Virus record (IMG/VR): IMGVR_UViG_3300025769_000078
From: an uncultured virus (IMG/VR IMGVR_UViG_3300025769_000078)
Taxonomy: Duplodnaviria > Heunggongvirae > Uroviricota > Caudoviricetes
DNA length: 35,690 nt
Strand: one strand, 5' to 3'
Part shown: in pieces, positions 35,275 through 35,690 of the stretch
Layout: every line of letters begins with the position of its first letter
How positions within the stretch are numbered: position 1 is the first letter of the stretch
Notes under the pieces: model-generated
The model's input: the letters and a program-made list of their open reading frames with translations, nothing else
Databases searched by the model: none
What the model was told of the DNA's origin: nothing
Translations under genes and position numbers: made by a program

Positions 35275-35481
35275 TCAGTCACCTCTGAGTATCTTCCTCA
35301 AGTCTATGAGTGTGTCGTTCCACATCTCAATGACGTTCAGGACTTGTTCTACAACTGCTCCGTCGTATAAGTCATTGAGAATCTCAGGGTAGTGCTCCTT
35401 CAAAGTCTCACGAGTGATTGGCCCAGCGCCATGCCAGTGATGGTTGTATGCAATCTCATCCAGTGTTGCCATACATACCAT
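35275..35481 (-). CDS. Hypothetical protein
   Basis: GGAGG SD before ATG 35481. Confidence 0.5.
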   Translation of the reverse strand: MVCMATLDEIAYNHHWHGAGPITRETLKEHYPEILNDLYDGAVVEQVLNVIEMWNDTLIDLRKILRGD

Positions 35482-35483
35482 AC

Positions 35484-35651
35484 TCAATCCCTCCATACAA
35501 TGTAATGATTGTAGTCATTGATGATGCTTCTCATGTTGAGTTGCACCTTGCCTACAGTTCCATCATCGCTCGTGACAGTGAAGTAGACTTCTTCATTATT
35601 CATGCTATCCCAATCTACGTCTGTGATTTGATTAACGTGGGGCATCTTCAT
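35484..35651 (-). CDS. 55-aa hypothetical protein (MKMPHVNQITDVDW...)
   Basis: Hand translation; GAGGAGG SD. Confidence 0.5.
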   Translation of the reverse strand: MKMPHVNQITDVDWDSMNNEEVYFTVTSDDGTVGKVQLNMRSIINDYNHYIVWRD

Positions 35652-35690
35652 TCCTCCTCTTCGCCAGTTGAGTAGACATCGCCACTCTCA

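Overview
A 35.7 kb fragment of a large tailed archaeal dsDNA virus. Its gene set matches magroviruses (viruses of Marine Group II Euryarchaeota/Poseidoniales); this is inferred from gene content, not from a database search. Bases 1-9.3 kb (+) hold the end of a virion/tail structural operon. The rest (- strand) holds a group II chaperonin, a near-complete archaeal-type replication/recombination module, a C5 DNA methyltransferase, a DenV-like glycosylase, a PC4-like protein and many small early-type ORFs. The replication module comprises a DEDDy exonuclease, MCM-like AAA+, ERCC4 nuclease, PriS-PriL fusion primase, Cas4/AddB-like nuclease, PolB, a probable PCNA, a RecA-fold ATPase, a probable RPA, RFC and a degenerate ligase. 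Reading beyond the ORF track gave several additional signals: (1) a 47-aa peptide with two PIP boxes, in frame just after the PolB UGA stop; (2) a 23-bp TATA-containing motif in six copies, together with a lone TFB cyclin-repeat protein, a TFS-like zinc ribbon and PC4, a candidate transcription-takeover system; (3) a 35-bp inverted repeat around an AT-rich core upstream of the MCM-like gene, a candidate origin; (4) a structured intergenic element upstream of the clamp/PolB genes; (5) strong avoidance of several restriction-type palindromes, with CCGG seen only in a CCSGG context.
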